From assembly GCA_002269645.1 (NCBI GenBank), contig NIVC01003641.1:22170-86169 (forward strand): DNA of 64,000 bases, in the 5' to 3' direction. This DNA is from Macrostomum lignano. Its lineage: Eukaryota. The translations under genes were made by a program, and so were the position numbers. Positions within the stretch are counted from its first letter, which is position 1; the number at the start of each line of letters is the position of its first letter. Shown piece by piece: positions 1 through 19,001 of the stretch. The notes beneath the pieces were generated by a model. It saw only the letters and a list, made by a program, of their open reading frames with translations. It was not told the DNA's origin and did not search any database.

Positions 1-5567
<5,567 letters not shown>

Positions 5568-5619
5568 GACTGCGGTGCGTTGCAGGCTTGCTGATGGCTT
5601 CCTTGTGTTTCTGATCTAG

Positions 5620-6200
5620 ATTCAGGTATCTTTATCCTGATGCAGGTATCTTTAAATCTAGCTTTGGGTATCTTTAAATCTAGCTTTGGGTATCTTTAAA
5701 TCCAGATGCAGGTATCTTTAAATCCAGATTCAGGTATCTTTAAATCCAGATGCAGGTATCTTTAAATCCAGATGCAGGTATCTTTAAATCTAGCTTTGGG
5801 TATCTTTAAATCTAGCTTTGGGTATCTTTAAATCCAGATGCAGGTATCTTTAAATCCAGATTCAGGTATCTTTAAATCCAGATGCAGGTATCTTCAAATC
5901 CAGATGCAGGTATCTTTAAATCCAGATGCAGGTATCTTTAAATCTAGCTTTGGGTATCTTTAAATCTAGCTTTGGGTATCTTTAAATCCAGATTCAGGTA
6001 TCTTTAAATCCAGATGCAGGTATCTTCAAATCCAGATGCAGGTATCTTTAAATCCAGATGCAGGTATCTTTAAATCCAGATGCAGGTATCTTTAAATCTA
6101 GCTTTGGGTATCTTTAAATCCAGATGCAGGTATCTTTAAATCCATATGCAGGTAAGTTTAAGTCCCAATGCAGGTATGCTTAAGTCCAGATGTGGGGATC
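5620..6200. repeat. 22-bp minisatellite (caggtatctttaaatccagatg)
   Basis: About 26 units in two variant types. Probably lies in a 5'-UTR intron of the C1orf87-like gene (acceptor ccgcag|tcATG just upstream of 5567). Confidence 0.93.
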
Positions 6201-6300
6201 TTTAAATACAGATTCAATCCTCCTATTTCACCCTAGGAACATTATCACTGGCCGATGCCCATTATTTTATTGACTCTTTATAATCCCCATCGAAACAATG

Positions 6301-6314
6301 GTTTCCATGGCAAC
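6301..6314. promoter_or_regulatory. RFX X-box
   Basis: gtttccatggcaac is a full match to GTTNCCATGGNAAC, about 730 bp upstream of the C1orf87-like ATG. A CCAAT box lies near 6431. Confidence 0.7.
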
Positions 6315-8227
6315 AATGGCAGGGCAATTAATTTTCCGGTCCAGTTCTAGTCCACAATAAGCATAATGCAATTATCCCATCTATAGGGTTGAGCAAGGGC
6401 TGATTGTTAATCTGAATTAATGGTCAACTCGATTGGCTCTTCAGAGAGGCGGGCCATGCAAGCGTGAGCGCTGCCCAACTCTCAACTCGATGACCTTGAC
6501 CTTATCAATAATTTGGGGCACAGATGCTACAGAGAGATAGGAATTATAGCTGGGCCCTGCAGCGCTATTGTCAGCTTGCCACCGGCAATTAACTAATTTT
6601 TTTCCAATTGGCGAGTTTGACAGTAGGAAGCAGCTCAAGCCAATAAAAAATACTCAGTGCACTCTTATCTATTCTATTTTTTGTTGTTATTTTCAAAATT
6701 AGACGCGCTACTTTGAGTAGCTAATTCCAGCAGGACAAAATTTTTATCATAATTTATTTATCTGATGCAGCCGAATCAGGGAATATACCAATATTGGTAT
6801 ATTCGGCCCATCCATATTAGTGTTATAGTTAGCGGGCGTGAAACCGCGTTTCACAGGCCGCTGAGACTGTCTATGGTAAAATCCCATTTACTCCAATGCA
6901 TTCAGTCGGTTTCACGGCCCGCTGAAAATGTCTATGGCAAAGTCAGAAGAAAGCGGGGTCAAGGGGGCGCTGAGCCCCCCTGCGGGGGAGAGCCCCCACA
7001 TTAGCACACCAGCACACAAGACAAAGAAAGAAATAATGAAATCCAAAAATTGTCTATGGCCAAAACTCCTTATTTTGCGAAATGAAAAAATAGTAACTGA
7101 TACTAAGAATTATTAAGCAGCTTTACTTTTAAAATATACAAGTTGTAGAAACATTAACTAGATACTTAAATGCATACGAGTTTTTTTACTTATTGAAGTT
7201 GGCCATAGATTATTGCAGCGGGCGGAATGCCGTGCGTTTCTCCCCGTTTCAACACGCCTAGGCTAACTGTAATGGGTAGGGATACGAACGAATTTGCACA
7301 GAAAGTAACGGTCTATGGAAATTGTTTCCATAACCTTTCTTTGACAAGTATAGCTTTACCCTAGTCGTGGACTTAAGCAGTTTAGCAAAGTCTACTGAGG
7401 GAGCCTTGGCCATAGACTATAACTTTGGACATTCAAAACGGGAATCGGACTGAGATGACTGATGCGATTGAACAGAGGGTCATCCATCGCAGGAGCTGCA
7501 AGAATTTAGACACAATCCGTGATATAAAAAATACATTAAATTGGGCGAATTCACGTTTTGAATATGGCATTTTGCCATTTTGATTGTCCATTCCACATTC
7601 TATGCTTGTGTATTCCCAAGCAGTCCGAGTCTGCGGCCTGGCTTGGATGTCTGTGGCGTCCCGTTTTGATTGTCCAAATTCCCATTTAGATTGTCAAAAG
7701 CGGTACTAGGGATAGGGATAAAATAGTACAGAAAATCTTACCGGTACAGATTTTTAATTGTCTTGCGCAGCCCGTAAACAGCTAAAGGTGGATTCTCTTG
7801 GAAGGAGAAAGGTATGGGCCAACTCTTTGACTCCTGTCCCACGGTTGAGTTTCACTTTTTTATACAGCCTCAATTTGGGGGAATTTTCAATCCTGAGCCA
7901 GTTGCTAAGGAAGCGACTATTGCTTAATCGCTATATGAATTATAGAAAGCATCATAAATTACAGCAGGTACGGCTTCCTGAAGCAGGAAAGCGCTTTCAA
8001 TTCTGAAATTCTGCTTCAGATTCAGCAGTGATCAGAACTATTGCGCGCTAGTGGACCCTGCACTGGCTGCCCTGGGGACCTGGGCTCAAAGGCTCTGCCA
8101 ATCAGAAATTCAATCGTTTTAAAAAATTTGAAAATAGAAAATAAAATTATAATATGCATAGCAAAATTCCAAAAATTTAAAATAAATTAAATTCGAAAAA
8201 TGCCTAATTGAGCATAAGAACTGAAAA

Positions 8228-9170
8228 TGGGTGTCAGCTGAGCGCCAAACTGGGTGTCAGATGAGCGCCAAACTGGGTGTTAGATGGGCGCCAAACTGAG
8301 TGTCAGATGAGCGCCAAACTGGGTGTCAGATGAGCGCCAAACTGGGTGTTAGATGGGCGCCAAACTGAGTGTCAGATGAGCGCCAAACTGGGTGTCAGAT
8401 GAGCGCCAAACTGGGTGTCAGCTGAGCGCCAAACTGAGTGTCAGATGAGCGCCAAGTAAGGTGTCAGATGAGCGCCAAACTGAGTGTCAGCTGAGCGCCA
8501 AACTGGGTGTCAGCTGAGCGCCAAACTGGGTGTCAGCTGAGCGCCAAACTGGGTGTCAGCTGAGCGCCAAACTGAGTGTCAGCTGAGCGCCAAACTGGGT
8601 GTCAGCTGAGCGCCAAACTGGGTGTCAGCTGAGCGTCAAACTGGGTGTCAGCTGAGCGCCAAACTGGGTGTCAGCTGAGCGCCAAACTGGGTGTCAGATG
8701 ACCGCCAAACTGGGTGTCAGCTGAGCGCCAAACTGGGTGTCAGCTGAGCGCCAAACTGGGTGTCAGATGACCGCCAAACTGGGTGTCAGCTGAGCGCCAA
8801 ACTGGGTGTCAGCTGAGCGCCAAACTGAGTGTCAGCTGAGCGCCAAACTGGGTGTCAGCTGAGCGCCAAACTGAGTGTCAGCTGAGCGCCAAACTGGGTG
8901 TCAGCTGAGCGCCAAACTGAGTGTCAGCTGAGCGCCAAACTGGGTGTCAGCTGAGCGCCAAACTGGGTGTCAGCTGAGCGCCAAACTGGGTGTCAGCTGA
9001 GCGCCAAACTGGGTGTCAGCTGAGCGCCAAAACTGGGTGTCAGCTGAGCGCCAAACTGGGTGTCAGCTGAGCGCCAAACTGGGTGTCAGATGACCGCCAA
9101 ACTGGGTGTCAGCTGAGCGCCAAACTGGGTGTCAGCTGAGCGCCAAACTGGGTGTCAGCTTAGCGCCAAG
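8228..9170. repeat. 23-bp minisatellite (ctgggtgtcagctgagcgccaaa)
   Basis: About 41 units, most containing the palindrome tcagctga. Confidence 0.97.
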
Positions 9171-9689
9171 CTTGATGTCAGAGGCCCAAATTTCAAAAGC
9201 ATGTCAAAAGCAGAACAGCAGCCTCGCACATTCAATTGACAATGATTAATTTCAGCTATTATTCAAAGCAAAATATTTCCAAAATTGTGCCTTCTGGCGA
9301 ATGATTTATTGCGTGAGTTCAAAACCGTCTTTCGAAAGATGAAATCGGACAGAAAAAAAGGACGGCTACCGTCGAGTTTGCATAAAAATACAATAAACAC
9401 ACTATTAGCCTACTATGAGTATTACATTACATCTGAAAACAATTAAAATTTGCAGGCACTTAAGCACAGATTGCGGAATGTCTGATCTGGGATTAGCAAT
9501 GCAATCAACTCATGTAGCATAACGAGTATTAGGTCGATTAAAAAATTATTTTATAGGAAACAGTCAATGTGACGCCAGTTGCATGTCTGCCTGACTAGAG
9601 AAAAACAATCAATGCAATGCTTTACAACAATGCCCCATGTGCTCAAGAAGTCTAAAGACAGGTCCGGGGTTCGAGTCGCCAGTGAGCGA

Positions 9690-10600
9690 AGAAACAGAGG
9701 GGGGAGAAACAGAGGGGGAGAAACAGAGGGGGAGAAACAGAGGGGAGAGAAACAGAGGGGAGAGAAACAGAGGGGAGAGAAACAGAGGGGAGAGAAACAG
9801 AGGGGGAGAAACAGAGGGGGAGAAACAGAGGGGAGAGAAACAGAGGGGGAGAAACAGAGGGGAGAGAAACAGAGGGGAGAGAAACAGAGGGGAGAGAAAC
9901 AGAGGGTAGAGAAACAGAGGGGAGAGAAACAGAGGGGGAGAAACAGAGGGGAGAGAAACAGAGGGGAGAGAAACAGAGGGGAGAGAAACAGAGGGTAGAG
10001 AAACAGAGGGGAGAGAAACAGAGGGGGAGAAACAGAGGGGGAGAAACAGATGGGAGAAACAGAGGGGGGAAAACAGAGGGGGGAGAAACAGAGGGGGAGA
10101 AACAGAGGGGAGAAACAGAGGGGGAGAAACAGAGGGGGAGAAACAGAGGGGGGGGGAGAAACAGAGGGGGAGAAACAGAGGGGGAGAAACAGAGGGGGGA
10201 GAAACAGAGGGGGAGAAACAGAGGGGGGAGAAACAGAGGGGGAGAAACAGAGGGGGAGAAACAGAGGGGGAGAAACAGAGGGGGAGAAACAGAGGGGGGG
10301 AGAAACAGAGGGGAGAAACAGAGGGGGAGAAACAGAGGGGGGGGAGAAACAGAGGGGGAGAAACAGAGGGGGAGAAACAGAGGGGGGAGAAACAGAGGGG
10401 GAGAAACAGAGGGGGAGAAACAGAGGGGGAGAAACAGAGGGGGGGGAGAAACAGAGGGGAGAGAAACAGAGGGGGGAGAAACAGAGGGGGAGAAACAGAG
10501 GGGGAGAAACAGAGGGGGAGAAACAGAGGGGGGGGGAGAAACAGAGGGGGAGAAACAGAGGGGGAGAAACAGAGGGGGGAGAAACAGAGGGGAGAGAAAC
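9690..10600. repeat. Purine-rich 14-18 bp repeat (gagaaacagaGn)
   Basis: About 60 units with variable G-run length. The overlapping ORFs are artefacts. Confidence 0.95.
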
Positions 10601-10952
10601 AGAAAAAGCGGAGAGAGCTTTGAACAACAAATCGATCAAAACGTGGTAAAGTTTTTAATAAAAATAAGTTTTCAAACAAAGGCAACAGAAACAAAGCAGT
10701 TAAGAATAGCGAAAGTGTGTGATTTTAAATCTGGAAAGACAATCGAACCTGCCACTCCACAATCACTCTGTTGTGAATTTGAAGCGATCATTTACAAAAT
10801 CTGTGCTATGTGATGCAGCATGTTGGAATGCAAAGTGCTTGTTAAAGTTAAAAATATACTTAAATTAAAAAACAACAAACTCTTAATGGTTGTTTAATGT
10901 AGATTTTTTTGAAATAGATTTGCAACAAAATATTATAGACTAAACAAACAAA

Positions 10953-13900
10953 CCAGGTGCATCTAATCAACCAGGAAGGCAACCCAGGTGCATCTAATCA
11001 ACCAGGAAGGCAACCCAGGTGCATCTAATCAACCAGGAAGGCAACCCAGGTGCATCTAATCAACCAGGAAGGCAACCCAGGTGCATCTAATCAACCAGGA
11101 AGGCAACCCAGGTGCATCTAATCAACCAGGAAGGCAACCCAGGTGCATCTAATCAACCAGGAAGGCAGCCCAGGTGCATCTAATTAACCAGGAAGGCAAC
11201 CCAGGTGCATCTAATCAACCAGGAAGGCAACCCAGGTGCATCTAATCAACCAGGAAGGCAACCCAGGTGCATCTAATCAACCAGGAAGGCAGCCCAGGTG
11301 CATCTAATCAACCAGGAAGGCAACCCAGGTGCATCTAATCAACCAGGAAGGCAACCCAGGTGCATCTAATCAACCAGGAAGGCAACCCAGGTGCATCTAA
11401 TCAACCAGGAAGGCAGCCCAGGTGCATCTAATTAACCAGGAAGGCAACCCAGGTGCATCTAATTAACCAGGAAGGCAACCCAGGTGCATCTAATTAACCA
11501 GGAAGGCAGCCCAGGTGCATCTAATTAACCAGGAAGGCAACCCAGGTGCATCTAATTAACCAGGAAGGCAACCCAGGTGCATCTAATCAACCAGGAAGGC
11601 AACCCAGGTGCATCTAATTAACCAGGAAGGCAGCCCAGGTGCATCTAATCAACCAGGAAGGCAACCCAGGTGCATCTAATTAACCAGGAAGGCAGCCCAG
11701 GTGCATCTAATCAACCAGGAAGGCAACCCAGGTGCATCTAATTAACCAGGAAGGCAGCCCAGGTGCATCTAATCAACCAGGAAGGCAACCCAGGTGCATC
11801 TAATTAACCAGGAAGGCAACCCAGGTGCATCTAATTAACCAGGAAGGCAACCCAGGTGCATCTAATCAACCAGGAAGGCAACCCAGGTGCATCTAATTAA
11901 CCAGGAAGGCAGCCCAGGTGCATCTAATCAACCAGGAAGGCAACCCAGGTGCATCTAATCAACCAGGAAGGCAGCCCAGGTGCATCTAATCAACCAGGAA
12001 GGCAACCCAGGTGCATCTAATCAACCAGGAAGGCAACCCAGGTGCATCTAATCAACCAGGAAGGCAGCCCAGGTGCATCTAATTAACCAGGAAGGCAACC
12101 CAGGTGCATCTAATCAACCAGGAAGGCAACCCAGGTGCATCTAATCAACCAGGAAGGCAACCCAGGTGCATCTAATCAACCAGGAAGGCAACCCAGGTGC
12201 ATCTAATCAACCAGGAAGGCAGCCCAGGTGCATCTAATCAACCAGGAAGGCAACCCAGGTGCATCTAATCAACCAGGAAGGCAACCCAGGTGCATCTAAT
12301 CAACCAGGAAGGCAACCCAGGTGCATCTAATCAACCAGGAAGGCAGCCCAGGTGCATCTAATTAACCAGGAAGGCAGCCCAGGTGCATCTAATTAACCAG
12401 GAAGGCAACCCAGGTGCATCTAATTAACCAGGAAGGCAACCCAGGTGCATCTAATCAACCAGGAAGGCAACCCAGGTGCATCTAATCAACCAGGAAGGCA
12501 GCCCAGGTGCATCTAATCAACCAGGAAGGCAACCCAGGTGCATCTAATTAACCAGGAAGGCAGCCCAGGTGCATCTAATCAACCAGGAAGGCAACCCAGG
12601 TGCATCTAATTAACCAGGAAGGCAGCCCAGGTGCATCTAATCAACCAGGAAGGCAACCCAGGTGCATCTAATTAACCAGGAAGGCAACCCAGGTGCATCT
12701 AATCAACCAGGAAGGCAACCCAGGTGCATCTAATCAACCAGGAAGGCAACCCAGGTGCATCTAATCAACCAGGAAGGCAACCCAGGTGCATCTAATCAAC
12801 CAGGAAGGCAACCCAGGTGCATCTAATCAACCAGGAAGGCAACCCAGGTGCATCTAATCAACCAGGAAGGCAACCCAGGTGCATCTAATCAACCAGGAAG
12901 GCAACCCAGGTGCATCTAATCAACCAGGAAGGCAACCCAGGTGCATCTAATCAACCAGGAAGGCAACCCAGGTGCATCTAATCAACCAGGAAGGCAACCC
13001 AGGTGCATCTAATCAACCAGGAAGGCAACCCAGGTGCATCTAATCAACCAGGAAGGCAACCCAGGTGCATCTAATCAACCAGGAAGGCAACCCAGGTGCA
13101 TCTAATCAACCAGGAAGGCAACCCAGGTGCATCTAATCAACCAGGAAGGCAACCCAGGTGCATCTAATCAACCAGGAAGGCAGCCCAGGTGCATCTAATT
13201 AACCAGGAAGGCAACCCAGGTGCATCTAATTAACCAGGAAGGCAGCCCAGGTGCATCTAATTAACCAGGAAGGCAACCCAGGTGCATCTAATCAACCAGG
13301 AAGGCAACCCAGGTGCATCTAATCAACCAGGAAGGCAACCCAGGTGCATCTAATCAACCAGGAAGGCAACCCAGGTGCATCTAATCAACCAGGAAGGCAA
13401 CCCAGGTGCATCTAATCAACCAGGAAGGCAGCCCAGGTGCATCTAATTAACCAGGAAGGCAACCCAGGTGCATCTAATTAACCAGGAAGGCAGCCCAGGT
13501 GCATCTAATTAACCAGGAAGGCAACCCAGGTGCATCTAATTAACCAGGAAGGCAGCCCAGGTGCATCTAATTAACCAGGAAGGCAGCCCAGGTGCATCTA
13601 ATCAACCAGGAAGGCAACCCAGGTGCATCTAATTAACCAGGAAGGCAGCCCAGGTGCATCTAATTAACCAGGAAGGCAGCCCAGGTGCATCTAATTAACC
13701 AGGAAGGCAACCCAGGTGCATCTAATTAACCAGGAAGGCAGCCCAGGTGCATCTAATTAACCAGGAAGGCAACCCAGGTGCATCTAATTAACCAGGAAGG
13801 CAGCCCAGGTGCATCTAATTAACCAGGAAGGCAACCCAGGTGCATCTAATTAACCAGGAAGGCAACCCAGGTGCATCTAATTAACCAGGAAGGCAACCCA

Positions 13901-15003
13901 GGTGCATCTAATCAACCAGGAAGGCAACCCAGGTGCATCTAATCAACCAGGAAGGCAACCCAGGTGCATCTAATCAACCAGGAAGGCAACCCAGGTGCAT
14001 CTAATCAACCAGGAAGGCAGCCCAGGTGCATCTAATTAACCAGGAAGGCAACCCAGGTGCATCTAATTAACCAGGAAGGCAACCCAGGTGCATCTAATCA
14101 ACCAGGAAGGCAACCCAGGTGCATCTAATTAACCAGGAAGGCAACCCAGGTGCATCTAATTAACCAGGAAGGCAACCCAGGTGCATCTAATTAACCAGGA
14201 AGGCAACCCAGGTGCATCTAATTAACCAGGAAGGCAACCCAGGTGCATCTAATCAACCAGTAAGGCAACCCAGGTGCATCTAATTAACCAGGAAGGCAGC
14301 CCAGGTGCATCTAATTAACCAGGAAGGCAACCCAGGTGCATCTAATCAACCAGTAAGGCAACCCAGGTGCATCTAATCAACCAGTAAGGCAACCCAGGTG
14401 CATCTAATCAACCAGGAAGGCAACCCAGGTGCATCTAATCAACCAGTAAGGCAACCCAGGTGCATCTAATCAACCAGTAAGGCAACCCAGGTGCATCTAA
14501 TCAACCAGGAAGGCAACCCAGGTGCATCTAATCAACCAGGAAGGCAACCCAGGTGCATCTAATCAACCAGGAAGGCAACCCAGGTGCATCTAATTAACCA
14601 GGAAGGCAGCCCAGGTGCATCTAATTAACCAGGAAGGCAGCCCAGGTGCATCTAATTAACCAGGAAGGCAGCCCAGGTGCATCTAATTAACCAGGAAGGC
14701 AGCCCAGGTGCATCTAATTAACCAGGAAGGCAGCCCAGGTGCATCTAATCAACCAGGAAGGCAGCCCAGGTGCATCTAATCAACCAGTAAGGCAACCCAG
14801 GTGTGTCTAATCAACCAGGAAGGCAACCCAGGTGCATCTAATTAACCAGGAAGGCAGCCCATGTGCATCTAATCAACCAGGAAGGCAGCCCAGGTGCACC
14901 AGGAAGGCAACCCAGGTGCATCGGGAAGGCAACCCAGGTGCATCGGGAAGGCAACCCAGGTGCATCGGGAAGGCAACCCAGGTGCATCGGGAAGGCAACC
15001 CAG
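10953..15003. repeat. 31-bp satellite array, about 130 copies (ccaggtgcatctaat[c/t]aaccaggaaggca[a/g]c)
   Basis: Highly homogeneous. The last units (~14900-15003) shorten to a 22-bp form. Confidence 0.98.
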
Positions 15004-15004
15004 G

Positions 15005-18000
15005 TCAGTCAGTTACCGGCGGCGGCGCGCTGGACTGTCTCACAATGACCTGAACCACAAAGCCGCGGGTATTGTGCAGTCCCGAACTCGAATCCGGTCG
15101 GCCAGCAGGTTGCCGTAGCAGAACCAGCGTTGCCCGTCGGCCGAGCAGCCGGTGCGCCGCTCCAGCAGCCGCTTGGCCCGTTGAATCGTATCGTCTGGCT
15201 GAACCGGCAGGCTGAGCTCGCGACCGTCGGACAGGCGCAGGTTCAGCAATACCTGCTGCTGCCTCGGCGTGGAGTCGGATGTGGCCGAGTCACCGTCGGC
15301 ATCCGGACAGCTGGCGTCTGGCGAGTGAGGAGTTGTCGAAAAGCTTTTGAAGGGTGAAATTCCGACATTGGAAACAGATTTTAGCATTGAGGAAGTCGAT
15401 TCCAGTGTTGGAGAAGTGTTCTGGTATTGGGAGAGTCGGTTCCGGTGTTGGGGAAGTTGGTTCCGGTGTTGGGGAAGTCGGTTCCGGTGTTGGTGAAGTC
15501 GGTTCCGGTATTGGGGAAGTCGGTTCCGGTGTTGGGGAAGTCGGTTCCGGTATTGAAGGAGTCGGTTCCGGGGTTGGGGAAGTCGGTTCCGGTATTGAGG
15601 ATGTCGGTTCCGGTGTTGAGGAAGTTGGTTCCGGTATTGAAGGAGTCGATTCCGGTGTTAGGGAAGTCGGTTCCGGTATTGAAGGAGTCGGTTCCGGTAT
15701 TAGGGAAGTCGGATCCGGTGTTGAGGATGTCGGTTCCGGTGTTGGGGAAGTTGGTTCCGGTATTGAAGGAGTCGGTTCCGGTGTTGGGGAAGTCGACCGG
15801 TTCCGGTGTTGGGGAAGTTGGTTCCGGTATTGAAGGAGTCGGTTCCGGTGTTGGAGGAGTCGACCGGTTCCGGTGTTGGGGAAGTCCGTTCCGGTATTGA
15901 AGGAGTTGGTTCCGGTGTTGGAGGAGTCGGTTCCGGTGTTGGTGAAGTCGGTTCCGGTGTTGTGGAAGTCGGTTTTGGTGTTGGGGAAGTCGGTTCCGGT
16001 ATTGGGGAAGTCGGTTTCGATGTTGGGGGAGTCGGTTCCGGTGTTGGGGAAGTCGGTTCCGGTGTTGGGGGAGTCGCCTTCGGAGTTGGAGACCCAGTTA
16101 AAAAATTCGATTGACAAGTTTCTTAGAAACAGAAACCCGGAACTACTACTCGTAAAAAAGCGAAACAAAACGAGCTCGGCTACCCGCTGATCCGTCGAGA
16201 GCGGCGGCCCCCGCAGCTGCCGGGCTGCTGATGAGGTTGACTGGAGCTGCCAGCACGTACAGCGGCAGCTGGTAGCGGCTGCCCAGCTCGTCATAGCAGT
16301 CAGTGAGGAGTCCGTGCGGCAGCGTGACACCCGCGCCGCTGACGATCGCCTGAGCCAGTTCGTGATCACCGGACTCCAGGGCGGCGGCGGCCGCCTTCAG
16401 CGCGTCCCAGATCTCCTTGCGGCCTTCGAATGCCGGCGCGGTGTCCCAGAATTCGTCTCGCTTCGAGCGCAGCTGACTGTCGGTGAGCGGCTGCTCAGAG
16501 TTCCAGCGAATTCGCTCACGGCGAAGGGGGAAGTTTTTAGCAACCAGAGGCTGCTGCGGCTGCTGATGACGAGAATTTGCAGACCGCTGGCGAAGGACTG
16601 ACATGAGGATTAGAATGGCTGCGAATCAGTTTGAACCTAGCTGACAAAAATAGCTAGTCAGGCATTTTAATAATCAATTTAAGTTATTTTACAAACAGCT
16701 TAAAAGTTAAACTGCAGATATTTAAAGCAAAAAATATTAAAAATCTCTTTTTAAAAAACATTTCTTCTCATTCTTTGATGATTATATCTTTTTTGCATCC
16801 ATTTCATCCTAGAGTTGCTACAAAAGATAAATGCAAATAGAGGCTTATGCCTTATTGTGTTCTTCAGTAAAAAGATAAAAGATATATATAAAAATTCACA
16901 AAATTTTACAATAAAATTTTGGAAAATCACAAATTTATGTGAAAGATTTTCATGGAATTTAATTTAATTTTTAAGAAATGGGTTGTATCCTTTTTCTCTC
17001 AGAAGCTATTAATTATTATAGACTCATTTTTGTTCAAAGTTCAGTATACATCTCTACATATAAAAATCAAAACTCTGTCTGTCTGTCTGTCTGTCTGTCT
17101 GTGGACAAATTACTTCGCTATGGACTCCCAAACCGCTCAACCAAATTACACCAAACTTTACACCCACCCTAAACTTACTACGGAGAATGTCTTAGGCTAC
17201 CTTAAAATTTCCTAAATTTGAGTCTTCCTACCTAAAAGTACAAAAAACTGCTCAAAATGCGCGATTTTTTCACTTAATCCTCCATAGCGCCGCTCCACTT
17301 CTACCGATCCTCTTCAAATTTGACACAATCAATTTTCAACTATTTTGACACAATCGTGTAAAATTTCGAGTCTCAAAGTTAATCCTGAACGGCGCTGTGC
17401 ACTTTTAAAGTTTGGCTGTTTTTTTCAGCGAGACAGCCACCCCAACCTCCGCCCGCCTGCCTTTCTTTCTTTCTTGGATGAGGAAGATGGCAATCGATAA
17501 GACTAGCATAGTTGTCTGTGGTACAAAAAGCGATACGATGCAATCCTGATTCCTGAATTAGTCACACAAAATAGAATTTGTAACACTAAGTCCTATTTAA
17601 AGGCACTTTAAAATTCTAATGCCCCCAAAGAAAAGCGCATTGGGTCGTTTCACTGCTGCAGCTAGACGATGGAGATCTACAAGGCAAAGCAATGCGGCTG
17701 AAGCAGGAACATCACATAGCACAGAGGAAGCAGACAACACAGGTAGCTCTGCCCAGGCCAGATCGAGTGCAAGTGCCTTAGGAGAACAAGCCAGAAAAGA
17801 AGCCTTCGACCACCGACAAGATCATCGACATCAGCAGCCGGCGCCAGCACTTCCGATGGAACTGGAAGTACACATGTTCCTCTCAGGGCTGCAAATTGGG
17901 AAGAAAGACGACGTGAACAAAAAAGACAGCAAACAGCCGAGGCACGACGCAATGAAACGACTGTTCAGGCTCAGCAACGACAGGAACGGGACAGAGATCA

Positions 18001-18924
18001 GACCGCAGAGGCACGACGCAATGAAACGACTGTCCAGACTCAGCAACGACAGGAACGGGACAGAGATCAGACCGCAGAGGCACGACGCAATGAAACGACT
18101 GTCCAGACTCAGCAACGACAGGAACGGGACAGAGATCAGACTGCAGAGGCACGACGCAATGAAACGACTGTCCAGACTCAGCAACGACAGGAACGGGACA
18201 GAGATCAGACCGCAGAGGCACGACGCAATGAAACGACTGTTCAGACTCAGCAACGACAGGAACGGGACAGAGATCAGACCGCAGAGGCACGACGCAATGA
18301 AACGACTGTCCAGACTCAGCAACGACAGGAACGGGACAGAGATCAGACCGCAGAGGCACGACGCAATGAAACGACTGTTCAGACTCAGCAACGACAGGAG
18401 CGGGACAGAGATCAGACCGCAGAGGCACGACGCAATGAAACGACTGTCCAGACTCAGCAACGACAGGAGCGGGACAGAGATCAGACCGCAGAGGCACGAC
18501 CGCAGAGGAGAGATGAGATTGTAGAGATGAGACAAATGAAAGGAGAGATGAGAGAGTAAAGATGAGAGATGAAAAAGGTGAGAGGAGAGTGCAGAGAGAC
18601 GAGAGAAGATAATAGAGGAGAGAGAGTATAGAAGAGGGAAGAGAAAAGAAAAGAGGAGTAAGGAAAGAGAGGAGTCAGAAGAGGTGAAAGAGAAGAGTAC
18701 AGAGGAGCTAAGTGAGAGAACGTATTAGAGAGTAAAGATGACAGATGAGAGAGCAGAGATGAGGGTGAACAGACGAGAGATGGGAGAGTAGAGAGAACAG
18801 AGGAGAGATAAGAGAGAAGAGATTACAGAGACTAGAGGAGAGAGGAGAGACAGGGAGACAGAAGAGGAAATAGGAGAATGAAGAAGGGAGAGAGTAGAGA
18901 GGAGAAGAGAGATGGGAGAGGAGA

Positions 18925-19001
<77 letters not shown>

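Noticed and set aside
6441-6526. Possible terminal exon (acceptor ctctgtag, SVPQIIDKVKVIELRVGQ...*)
   Set aside because: No upstream exons or poly(A) signal found, and it overlaps the promoter zone. Left unassigned.
9640-9690. B-box-like ggttcgagtc before the purine array
   Set aside because: No convincing A-box or cloverleaf.
9551-10694. Long ORFs (SVSPPLFLP, GETEGEKQR repeats)
   Set aside because: Translations of a tandem repeat, with no splice or domain support. The same applies to the ORFs at 138-659, 2182-2817, 15290-16369, 18708-20038, 22991-23427, 25436-25736, 29119-30356, 30461-31765, 32223-32738 and 50525-51554.
10953-15003. CRISPR-like appearance of regular ~31-bp repeats
   Set aside because: No unique spacers and no cas genes, in a eukaryotic context. 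It is a satellite.
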